From assembly GCA_040954595.2 (NCBI GenBank), contig CM082594.2:10978276-11042275 (forward strand): a DNA stretch of 64,000 bases, read 5' to 3'. The stretch is from Balanoglossus misakiensis (lineage: Eukaryota > Animalia > Hemichordata). Position 1 is the stretch's first letter; each line of letters begins with the position of its first letter. Below, piece after piece: positions 10,572-23,500 of the stretch. The notes beneath the pieces are model-generated. The model did not search any database and was not told the origin of the DNA. It saw only the letters and a program-made list of their open reading frames with translations. The position numbers and the translations under genes were made by a program.

Positions 10572-13500
10572 CTGCCGAGAAAAATACAAGAGGGTGATGA
10601 AGAAAACTGCAGACACGGGGAATTCAACTTACTTCTTGTAGGCGATATTTCAAAAGCCGGGGAACTCATCAGGAACATGGGGAAGGGGGAGGGACAAGAG
10701 AACACGTACTTGACTTGTATCTATGCTCTCGTCCGGAGCTGTATTGAGACCACCATCCATCCGTGGCGATGTTGATGATGATGATGAGGTAGATGCGGAA
10801 ATGGACGTATTGCTGCTGCCTGGCGGTTCCTCTTGCAATCTCCCGCATTGACGTAGATGATGATTGCTACCGTGGCAACCAACTGGACCATACCCGTTTA
10901 TTAGGGTGCCATTTCCACCCTGCAATGTGCAAAAAAAACCCATTAATATATTTAAAGTATCAAACCGAATTCTGGTCACTTTATATATCAAACTTGCTTC
11001 CAATTTTACAATAACATAATTTTATGGTTCTAATTCCTCTGACTTGCCATAAACCCAGAGCCCGGACGTCTATCACTGACAATAAAAGCCACTGATAGTC
11101 TTACCTTAGTGTCCATGTTGGCCGGTACAGGCAGCTGACTCAACATCGGTGTGAAACTTTCTAACTCCACTTCAGTGTGCGCCTTCCCATAATCCTTGCC
11201 CCCGATGTATCCGTTACCACGGCAATGTGGAACATGACCGTTGCAGGCAGGCGCCGGCACGTGGCAGGTCGTGGCCGGTTTGCACAGCTGCAGTAACCCA
11301 TGCCTGTAAGACAACCGACAAAATGATGAAATTCTGGGTCACTTTGATACAAATGCAACACCATCAGAAATGAGTTGGGATTTCAGAGGTACAGACAAAA
11401 CTCTCTGATTATTTTTCCACAGTGGGTGTGACGTTTCTTTGCCTGAACACAAACATATTAATGTACGTTCTCTTTTACGAAATCGCTGCTTGGCTCTTAC
11501 CTTCCTCGATACACAATAAAGACAATGCAGACTATGATACAGCCTAGACCAATGGAAACACCAACAATGATACCACTCTGTGGTAACCCTTCATCTGAAA
11601 TCAAAGCAAAAGGGAAAAGAGATCTCGCATCAGAAGTCAACACTCCTTCACATCTTGTGTCCACACACAAAAGCTTAATATTCCTGAGAGGCGTGACCCT
11701 CACTTGTTTCATTTGCATCTCATGGACTTCGAAACACATTACACATCACGTGCACTTACTTTGTTGCAGTAGGCCTGTTGTGACCGTGCTCTCTGGCGAC
11801 AGTGGTGCATCTGTGGCTATGTTGAAGTACGACGGCATCCGTATGTGCAGCGGTTCACTTGCGGGTCCCTCCCCGGCGCCAGTTCTGGCGGCCATTTTGA
11901 AATAGTAACCAAGACTCGGCTTCAGACCCCCAATGGTGGAGTTCATCACCCAACCTACAAGAAAACAACCGCAAAGATTATAGAAATGCAATCAGTAAAA
12001 AGCCCTGGTCGTGACCACTGGCAGACGCAGGTTTGCAAAATTTATGACAGACCGACTCGCTTACCTTCCCTCTCATTTTTGGCCCATTCGTCCTCTGGTT
12101 CCTCGACATCCCAACTGTACAAAATAACATAGGTTGTAATGATGCCATTTGGATGTGCAGGTGGTGCCCACTGCAAAAACACCGTCTGTACATCAGCGAG
12201 GGATAATTTGACATTGCTGGGTGGAGACGAGGGCTCTGTAAAAACACAAAGAGAAAGGGAATGAATTCAGCATATTTAAACGCAACCTGTAAACTCAAAA
12301 GATATGGTATATCTCAACTGGATATAAAACTCGGCAAAAGTACAGTTTTTAGAGGGCGCTACAATACTCACTGTCTTCCGGAGTCCTTATAGTGACATCT
12401 TCACTATAAGGACCAACACTGTTTCTACCATGAGCTCTGACAGCGATTTGATATTCAGTGAATGGAACAAGGTTTGTCAAGGTTGCACTCTCTCCTTCAC
12501 TGCAAAACAAGAAAAGTTGAAAATCCGATTAAAATTTTCTGTCGACCTTCATGCAGTCACTCATGAAAACACAGTGAGGCCTTAGAAAAGCAGAAAACAT
12601 GGAATTCTGAGAAGTCAATAGTACAATGTACTTTAGTCGACGTTTATTAACGTATGACCTTCCTCTGTCATACTTACATTTCTTCCTTCCTGATTACAGA
12701 AGCGTTGGTCACATGCGAGGGTTGGAAACGGATTGTGTAGAACAGAATCTCCATATCTGTCTGTGGCGGCCTCAACCATGTCACAGTGGCAGTTGACGAA
12801 CTGTGCACTACACCTTTCACTTGCACTGGGGGCGTCGGTGTCTCTACAACTGGGATGTTCTGGGGCGGTGTCACTGTGGCACAAACAAAACGGTTATTTT
12901 CAAAGATGCAAACCCGATCAATTAATGAAGAAGATGAATTAATAAACACCTGGATAATTTCCCAAGGTGATCAAGCTTTAGAAACTGCTAGGAAATGAGT
13001 TCATCACTCAAAAGTACTTAGCAAGCAAACATCATCGCACCTGAAGCAGTAATACAAAATAATCATAATCATAAATTTCACCTTCAGTCTTAATATCTCC
13101 CGAGGCATCATTGCTGTAACCATCTTCATAAACTGCGATCAGTTTCACAAAATACCTGGTCAGGGGTTCTGTAAGAGTGAACAGAAATAAAAAAAAGACA
13201 CGCCCAGTTATTAGTTTTCACTTGTACGGAATCCCATGAAGAACATTTCCCCGGGAGAAGTTAATTACAAACATACCTTCCCACGAGAGAAAGCTTATGA
13301 TGCTATTGAATTCTTTGACTGAGTATCGTGTTAATAAAGTACAGTGAACTTTGCCTAGAGTGAGTGCATTCACTTGAAACGGTGTTCCACGGGCCGGCCG
13401 GGTTCACTACAATGAACAACATGCTGATCTTTACAGGCTGATCTCTTTTACTTTTCAAGACAAACAGCCTTGTTTGACAACTCAACCCTCTTTTGAGAAC

Positions 13501-14322
13501 ACTGGCCAGTGTAAATGCCCAATGTTTTGCAGTGATGCAGTTGGAAGTGTGCGAAGACCACGGGACTTGACGCGCCTAAGTGCGGCTTTTGTGCCATCTA
13601 GAGTGGCGGTGTTTGTTACAATTCAAACACTAAAAGGTCAGATTCAAAGCTGAGTGAAGTGAAGACGGTTCAAAGTCACAGCTACTGCAAATGTGCAGTG
13701 TAATATGCCAACACTGTCCCCAGTATTTGCCAGGATGCTGAAATTTATACCTGCAAGTTTCCGCACCCAGATAAAAAGCTCGCTTCGCGCGAAAAACACA
13801 CAGTGCATCTTGTCACCACCAGAGGGCTCCCTGTCGCACCCTTCTCAACGATGCACAGAGAGCAACCTTCACCTGAATTAAACTGTGCTTTGTTCAATCT
13901 CCATAGTCAGCTGAAACGCATTTCAATGTGCCTTTAGATGAGGCAGGGGCCAGAAGCACACTCTGGAATTTCAAGCATTTGAATTTGATATTCACGCGAA
14001 GCCATTTTGAAACGTGCAACAAATAAACACACACCAGCTAGAAAGGGTAGCGGGCATGCATGCCTGAATCCCTAGCTACCTTGATAATGAATTCAAGGTC
14101 GTATTATTAATAAGCCATGACGTCAACACACGCATAATGACATGGCTTGAAGTTCCCGAACTACTTTTTATCACCGATAACACTGACCTACTTTCGTGGA
14201 AATGTTCACCCGCTCGGGGCGATTAGAAAATGTCAGAGGCCAGCCTTCCAGCGCTACCGACAAGTTCAACTGCTGGCTCATCACAGATTCATGACGGTTA
14301 GGATTACATGCAAGAGAGAGAG

Positions 14323-14370
<48 letters not shown>

Positions 14371-17300
14371 CGCCATCTCAAATCAAAACAAGCATGCCCA
14401 AAAGGCTGCACACGGAAAATCTGACAAACATTTCAGGCCCAAGTTTAGAGATCTCATTTGGCGTGTATAGTTGGTATTAACATGCAATTTGACAACTGAC
14501 CTTGATACGTGCGAATCTTCATGACGACACTGAAGGGGTATTAATAACACTGGTTTGGGGGATTATTTAAACTACAGTGATTTTAGTACAAGTTAATTAG
14601 CCACAGCTGATTTCATCTCTTCACCTCCACTCGCAATTCATGCATCAATTAGATTTTCTTGTCCATAAATGTAATAATGCAATATTTTACTATGAAGAGG
14701 CATTAGTAGCCCAATCTGATTATTAAATTGTAACATATAATAAAAATTCTTGCTAAATACCAAGATTATTTTTTGTTCACAATAAAAGTAGGCTTTACCG
14801 CATCTCTCAGCTACCTATAAAATTTTTTTTTAGAGTGCGATGGTATATAAATTATCAACGCGGAACAAAAAAATGGTACCAAAGCCTGGCAATAAAAACC
14901 AACTGTTCACTATATATCAATTTATTAACGCACTGTGTACAAATAGAGCCAAGATTGATGATATGGTGAGATGCACGAAGGGCCATTGTCATAAAAATCA
15001 GAGATGAGCTATAAATGTCTACCCCACGGAAAAAACATACATGATGTATTTCACACGACATTGTTGTGATCACCACAATGGCAGGCAAATCCTCTGCAGA
15101 TGCTATGACAAAGCATTGCACGTAAACGAAAAATGCCAGTGGTAGAGCAATGTTGAACCTTCTGTTTTTTGTTTTAAGTATTTTAATATTAACATTGTAG
15201 ATTTGTCATACCACGTTCTGTTATTTTATTAGTTTCTCATTTGAAAAACAAAACAAAACACTAGTTAAGTAAGACCATCTGTTCCCTAAAATGGCTAAAC
15301 TGATGCAGATAAGCCATTTGAACTATTTTTCCTTTTTTTATGTCTTATCATAACATACTCATTTTTATATCTAACGTTCTCCATCTCACACACACAAACT
15401 GTTAATATAGTCATAAATATGTCTCTCATTCTCTCTATATTGATCTGTCTAATTCTAACACTGTCTGTGTCTCCCTGTCTCTCCCTTCCTCCCCTCCCCT
15501 CTCATCTCTCTCTCTGTCCTGTAGCAGTCACATATCCTGGCTAAGTCCTCATTTATTTTAACCCTGCAAAGTCCAACCAAACTACCTCATTCATGAACGG
15601 GTATCATTAAAGGATATATAATCTTCCTGCTTTCAATCTGACAGGATCTGTTTACTGCAGTTAAGGTCAAGGTGCTGGATCCTCTTTCAAGGGCAGATTT
15701 TTTATGCCATTTTCTTTTATCCTGTTCCGGTGAGCCCTCTCCCAAGAGCAAATATTTTCTTTTCAATTTCTATAGTGTACGATGTCACTTACAGCTTTAT
15801 TCTTTGTTGTGGGCTTGTTGTCAGAACGGGAACGTGATATTTCAGGGGTATCAAAGCTTTCCATCATTGCTACTTTGATTTCTCTCAGATTTCATCGTAT
15901 CATTAGGGGGGAGTTGTGGATGGACATCTCTTGACAAAGACAGAGATGGCAGTTGCCATCTTGCTTGACCTGTCAAACTTGTTTTATCTGTCAACTGATA
16001 AGCGACAGGCAAACATTTTTAGAAAAATCCAAATTTGTATCACACACATACACACAGTCGAACCATGAGGTAGAGCTAGGTGGCAGTTTCATCTTTCTTG
16101 GAGGAAAATTTGGGAGATTTATAGCAGATTGTGAGATTGGATAGGGTCAGTGACCAACAAGCAGGTGGCCATGTTTCTTACAGCTGCTGGGGGATGGCAG
16201 GTCAACCAAAAAGTGCAACTTCAAAGACAAGGCGCCCGATTTCTGGCCAGGAATTCTCCTCGGTGGCCTCAAACAACAATTTTGATAGCCCTCACATTCC
16301 GCACATACTCCAAACACTCTACCGCTCCCTCAGATTCCTGTTGCTACGGGCTTCACTAACGTTGCATAGCAACATTTGAAAAAAAAACTCTTGCGGATGA
16401 GAAGAACATTGGTCCTAGCTGCACTGTCACATCCGTAAGATACAACGGTTGATTCAGAAAAACATACACCTAGAATTGCCTGTTTTGCTCAAAACTCGTT
16501 TTAAAAGTTGTTTACATGGACGATGCAATCTACACAGGTCTTAAATCCCACAAAACTGAATACGAACCAAGTTTATTATTATGCTAATCAACCGGCAGCA
16601 CTTATCCGGTCAAGGATACCATGTGACCAGTCGAAGTCTAAACTGGGGAACAATGTGCCAGTGTAGATTTTGACCATAGGTCTGGGATCTGAAAGCGGAG
16701 GTCCATAGGGATGTGCTCTGCTTTCAGGAGAAGGCTTTTACCGTTCACAGACTGCACCACGGTCGCCTGGCTATAAACTTGTTTCGAATTACTCACAGTA
16801 CATACAAGCAAGCTGACTGAATGAATACAGAACAAAATATAATAATGACTTTAAAAAAAATAAACGTTCATAGATGGCTTTTGGAAACTAAGCCAGGTAT
16901 AGAATTTATGGGTGTGTAGCTACGTTCTTATCAACAAGCAGAACGCATGACATATACACCATTATGAGCCTGGGCTGCACGCAATCATCCATCTTCGAAA
17001 CCGTTATTCCAGTGATGCAGTGACACCTTGTGAAAGAACAGTCAGAATTCCTCGCTCGGAGGAAGAGACACCTCGATTGATGCAGCGTGATTTATTGCGT
17101 TGAAAAATGGCCAATCGTCGGTGTTTTATTGACCAGTTAGCTTCCGAGGAGCAAAATTGATAGTGATGGCCTTGTATGCTTGCCTGTAGATCATCACAAT
17201 GCTCTATTAGCATGAGAACGGTGCTCCTTGGGAGAGAGTACACTGCCCCTGCCAATCAACCTTGTGCTCATCTCTGCCTATGTCTTGTAAGGTGGCTCAT

Positions 17301-17515
17301 TACTTCTCTGGTTGACTGTATGTCAAATCACCTTGAGTGCGATTGTGCATACACAAGGGGGAGATTTTCAGAGTACAAATCTTCTTCAAAAACAAGCTTG
17401 TAGGAAATAACTTAGACTGGTCACGGGTCATACATGCAAAGTCATTAAAATATTCCGGGCCTGCCAATAGTTTATGTCATTTTTCTGGAGTGAGCATGTA
17501 GTATTTATGTAATTT

Positions 17516-17574
<59 letters not shown>

Positions 17575-20500
17575 CACCATCATCATCATCACCATCACCA
17601 TCATCATCATCATCATCATCACCACCTCCATCATCATCATCATTTTATGATAGCATATCTGGCAAAAATCAATTTTCCAGCAGAAAAATGCACAACTCAT
17701 AAACATATTCAATTTAAGTACAGAGACCATCACTGCACATCCAAGTTTCTGATTACGCTATTTCCTTTCGATCTAATACCACATCCCTACTTTCTCTCAA
17801 ACCCAGTTTGACCCCAACCCCCCACCCTCATTCAGTCATACCTAATTTCCGGACATCCCTAAGGAGCTTGCCTTTTCCTCTGCAATTTATGATTGTGTTT
17901 GTGCGCAAGGGTTCAATTGCTGCGATCATGTTTCTACCTCAGCGTACCTCGAAGAAAAACTTTTTTGAATCAGGTAATCTTGGCCCCAGGTACCTCGATT
18001 GGATTTGCCAAGTATTAATTAGCAAAACGAGATGGATTTCACAGAGGGTGTATTATTGATGAAACACTGAACCGCCGCGATTGTACGGGTCAAAACCTCG
18101 AAGCATCTTTCTTTTCAAAATGGACGCATTAATGTCAAGCAGCAAAATCATGTCCGCTTAAGTGCTAACACTACGGTAAAATCCAAAGTCACGTACGATT
18201 TTGAAGCAGAACTCATATGTCAGATAATGGTCTATGTGCTTTTTTGTGTGCTAATTAAATATAGAAATTTAGCCTGCTCCCCCAATGTGCCAAACTGGTT
18301 AATCTTAATCTGAAAATTCCCGACTCACAAACGAGATGAACTCTGTCATTTAAGATGCCTGAAGATCAGAAATCCTCTGTCATACATTCACAAATCTTTA
18401 ATCTCTTCCCATAACTGCGTTGGAGGACAAACAATGTCACGATGATCAGCTGATCAGAGACGCAGCATTACGGAGTTCCGATTCATGCTTGATTGTTAAT
18501 GGAATATCAACCCATTTGCCAGGGTTAAAAGCTCCATGCAGAGAAGAAACGAGCTCAGAGGTGACCTTGTGCATGTTGTGTGTGGAAGTTCCATGCAAGC
18601 TTTCATCATTAAAGCCACCCATACTGACCGTGAAAGGGAGCAAATAAGTCTGTAGATGTTTACGTCTCAGATTGCAAGTTCAAGCCTAGAACTGATCTGT
18701 GAGAAATTTCACATCCTGTTGAGATTGCTGGGGTAGAATGACACTTTGCACAAGACATTCCCGGATTTCTAAAAGGGCCGGGGAAAATACATAAAAGAAC
18801 TTTTGATGTTTGGCGCAAAGGGGGCCCCCCGGCAGCTAAAACACAGGCAGCTGTGACCTTGACCCAACCACTCTGAGACCAAATCAGCGGTGAATTAGAC
18901 GATCGTGATCAATTCAAAACCTGACTTTCATTTTAATCCGTTCGTTGATAACCATCACAAAATCGACACTGTTGTCATTCCTGTCTCAAAAACCGCTCAT
19001 TTGTAAATCGATCGTCATCTATTTTTAACAGCAATGCCGAGCTTCCAAATGTCATTTGCAGCATCACGATGTACACCGGGATTGACGGTAAATATTCCAA
19101 CGTACATCCGCACCATCACAATAAAAGCCTGCAATGGGAATTACCATGTGGGAGAACTATGACATTCGGAATATGAACACAAGAAACACTAATTCTTGTC
19201 AAAAATTTGATAGAAAAAAAAACTTAAAGTTTAGACGGGTGACATGAGCTCTTGGATAGCCTAAAGAAATGTGATCAAATTTATTGATTACTCTTTTGCT
19301 TGAGGGAATTTCATTGAAAGATACACTGTAGATATCTTTGAATAATCCCAAACGCAGACAGCAATATAAAAACAACTACCGGTATATTCAGAAACTATGA
19401 GGGCCAGTACTGATAAATTACTATTTTGCCAGTTTTGTCAATTCTATTTTTATGCAGAAAGTATCAAAACAATCACTATATGCAATTTGGTTCAATGATT
19501 GAAAAAAAACCCAGCAGTCAACCGATTTTGTCTTGAACAAACAACCTATAAATAGACTGAAATTAAATTGCACCTATTAAGAGGCTGCGGGCGCACACGC
19601 ATACACTCCTACTGATGAAACAAACATGGTTAGCATGTTGTTGAAGTGATTGGTGAATGCAATTGACGTCTGAAAGCCAAGTCCACAACTGAGCAAGCTC
19701 AAGCGCGGTGGTGACCTGCAGAACGACCCGACCTACTTCGCAGCCATTTTCTTTTTAAAGTTTCCTCCCAGCTTGAGATAGCAGGTGAATGAAGCTGTAA
19801 AGTTTAATGTCCCCAAATAAAAAGCTGAGTATCAAAGGAGTTTTGTGTAGTCGGGTGTTGACACAGCCCAGCTGCACAACCTTGCTCAAGCTGCGATATT
19901 TAACGTAAACAAGAACTTGACATACATGTGGTTTATTATTGTAACAATGTGGAATACAAAATTGGTTCATATGAAATTTTGAGCACAGATGCGCAAAGAA
20001 CATTACCGATCGACATCGGGAAAGTATTTGGGAATGATAGTGTATAGTGCTGTGGAGAGTACAAAAAACATGGATGTACCGGTGAAGACTCTACTGTTGA
20101 AACGATGATTTGATGATTTCACTACCTGTCTTTTTTTCCCGTTCTTGCGCGCTTCCATTTACAAATCCCACGGGGGTTGAGAACATCAAACAAAGCGAGC
20201 CGATGGGGCTGATAGACAACTACGAACACCCTCCCACTTTTCCCCCCTACTTTCTATCATTTCATCAGCTACTTCCATCGATTCTCTAAGAAACCGACAT
20301 ACTGTACAGTCCTGCCTCTTTCTTGTGGCTGATGCCTGCACGCTTCAAAACGTATCTACGTCCCGGAGGGCGTGTGATATGCGACATGCGATGAAGTACG
20401 CAATATAGGTTGCCACGGTAAATGCGAAAGTCCTCTGATTCTCACAAATCAACTCCACCTTTTTTTAATACGTGCACACAGGCACTTTCATTGTATTTTC

Positions 20501-23500
20501 TCTCTCAAAGCTAAATGCGAGGAAAAAATAATCCATTACACTCTGAGGTGTGACATTGCATAAATTAAACCTTTTAAGTCCAGCTTACAATCGGGAATCC
20601 CAGTGCTAACCATTTATGCACACTCCAACGTGCTAATATTTTATTCCCGGAATAATCAATATTTTCACACCTTCAATTAGTCGCAAACTGCTTAGCTTCA
20701 ATACATTCCAGGAAGACAGCCCTTCTTACACCTTTTGAAAAACATGTGCACTCGATAATCATGCATTCAGTAACACTTGACAATGTGCGGTACTTTACTG
20801 GTGGGACTTACGAATTTTCACAATCCCTCCTTTATGTATTTTGACTTGTACTTTTGCCAGTGTTACACAGCAAGCAAGGAACGGTGATCACATAAAATTA
20901 TACTGTGTGCGTACATATCTCTTTATGTTCTGCTGAATTTTTTTGGTGGTCAACTATGATATCATGTGAGATGAGCACGCGTTCAACGCACGTGACAGGA
21001 TCCACGTTTTATTAATTGTCTATCATTAATGTTCCTCGGTGAAAAAAACCTCACACACTAACCCTGGAATTATATGGTTCTAGGCAAACCTGTACATCAG
21101 CATCTTTCTGAAAACGTAGAACATATTTACATGTAACAGACACCGCCTTGATATCGCATCTGCGTTCATTGTTTCGCATCTCTTTTAATACCTAGAAAAA
21201 AAAACATTCCTCCAGCTACAGCAAAGCAGTCGCGAGTATCTATCCGCAACCACTCTGCGTATCCATTCCCGGGCAAATCCCAGCTTGGATTACAACAAAC
21301 ATCAATTTTAAAATTCAAACTTTGAAATTTAAGATCCTCAGTCTTAGAATGCCCTGGAGAAGCAGATGTTTTCTATTAGTATCTGTGAATTAGTGTGCCC
21401 TGTTTTAGAAATCGTCGAGTCGATGCAAACATTTCTAGAAATTTCTGCGCGTCAGCCAGATACTATTACATGAAATACAGATAATTTTCTTGAGTTTTTT
21501 CGAGTTAGTTGCGCATCTTGGCTTTAAGAGGGCACACTCCTGTAGCTCCTGTATCAACCCTTTCACCACAATGGTTCGATCCAAATTCCATTGTTTTCTA
21601 TGGAAAATTTGGACTTCTACAGAAGGAAACGGGGGGTGGAGGTGGGGAGATGCTGAAAGGGTTTAATAATAAAAGTACAACGTGAATTGAAAATCTACAA
21701 ATTAAGAATTCCAAGCGAGTGACTACTGTCCACAGTAGAAAAACTGAGTCATTTTTATTGGACAATATCGTAAACTGTCACAATATACTAAACTCTAGAA
21801 TGTAATTGTTTCGAGTCAATTTGTGTAGTTTAAGCGACAACTGGAATTATTCTAAATGTCATTACCTACTCTATGTGGATATAACAATTCTGTATTTACT
21901 ACAAGGCTCATAACATGTATTAAGTCAATAATGACCTCTCCAGTTACTGCGAGTTGAACTGGGTGCATTTTTTTGCCGCTGGGGAAAGAAACGAGAACAG
22001 GGGCAGTCACGGCCGTCACCATGGCAGTGAAAAATGGCGCCCGTAAATGTCAAATATACTGCTTTCTACTGGGGAACGTGACAAGGCAGTAGCACTGTAC
22101 GAATAATGTTCAATATCATCATCAATATTCCATTAATCTTGATCCTGCGTTCTAATATACCCCATAATTGAAGTGGCGTATTTATTATACTATCGAACTC
22201 AATCTGGCAAACAAAACAAACGACAAGGCTAATGGCAGTGAGCAGATCTGTATCCTTAGAGTTCAAGGTCGCATACTGACCTAGATTATATATTGCTTCT
22301 ATTACCAGAAGTTCATTCCCATCTTTTTTTTCTCCTTCTCAAAGGTCAGGGTCAAATCTAGGGTACATTTCACTTAAACTAATTACTGACATACAAAGCA
22401 ACGCACGACACAGATATTTTTGGGGGCTCAACACATTTCATTTCTGAACTTTTTATTTAAATTATTTTCAACCACAAATGACTAGAATAAAATAAATAAT
22501 GAACTGCAATGGACGTACTTCTCATAATGATAAATCTTTGTTGATAATTCTGACAGTTAAGTACAATTTGCTAAATTTCTCTTCGGGAGAGACTTTACCC
22601 CGATTAAGTACACCATCAGATATAACATTCCACATTCTAAACATCAAATCATGATTTGTTTCCCAGTAGTCTATGGATGGTAATCCTCGATTTCACATAA
22701 AGATTTCACGCAATACTTTATTTCCCGTATTTCACACCGAAGTCTTGACCCTTCTTTAAATCAAGCCATGTTAATGTCACCATGACAATCGTTCACAAAT
22801 CTCCACAAAACGGTTTCTGTACGGGGCTACAAAACACGAAATGGCCTCGCATGTAATTGCCTCGTGTGTATTAACACACAAAATGAATTATGCGCAGTGG
22901 TCAGGATCACTCCCTTTCCAGGGAAAGGATTTGCAACCGGCATTGGACACCCCTTGTGTGTAGATTGAATTCCATCTAATTCCACCCCATTTGCAATATT
23001 CCGGAAACCTTCACTCTGCATTACGGCCATGATTAATTTATGGTTCCCGGGATCGCTTTTTTTTTCCCGTTCTGAATTCTGTTTAGGCTTGCAGAGTCGG
23101 TCCGCCCGCCCCGCGCTTGCGTGCATGTGAGTCATGTGAGAGATCATTATCAGATTTACGGTCACTTCCAACAGCACACAGGTGAAACCTAATAACTGTA
23201 TGGATGAAATACTCTCTCTATTCAGTGATTCACTTAAGTGAATCATTTTCATTGGCAGTGAGCCACATTGTTCCGAGTTTGACACTCACTGCATCACCGT
23301 GATGAGGCTTGTCTCCCGGCAACAGCAAAACTCGAGAGTACGTTTTGAGTCATCCTTTTCGCAGTACGCATCAATTTAGGCAAATTCAAGATCACGACTC
23401 ATGTCTATTAACAATGGCAGCAATTTGCATAATCACTGTTTTTCTATGTCAGGATTTAGATCTAATTCTAGCAGTCCCTCCTCTCCTGTACAGCCAACTT

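Noticed and set aside
14147-14470. ORF with an RERERE run
   Set aside because: Produced by the (GA)n repeat; no splice or domain support
17428-17733. Poly-Met ORF on the minus strand
   Set aside because: Translation of a (CAT)n microsatellite inside an intron
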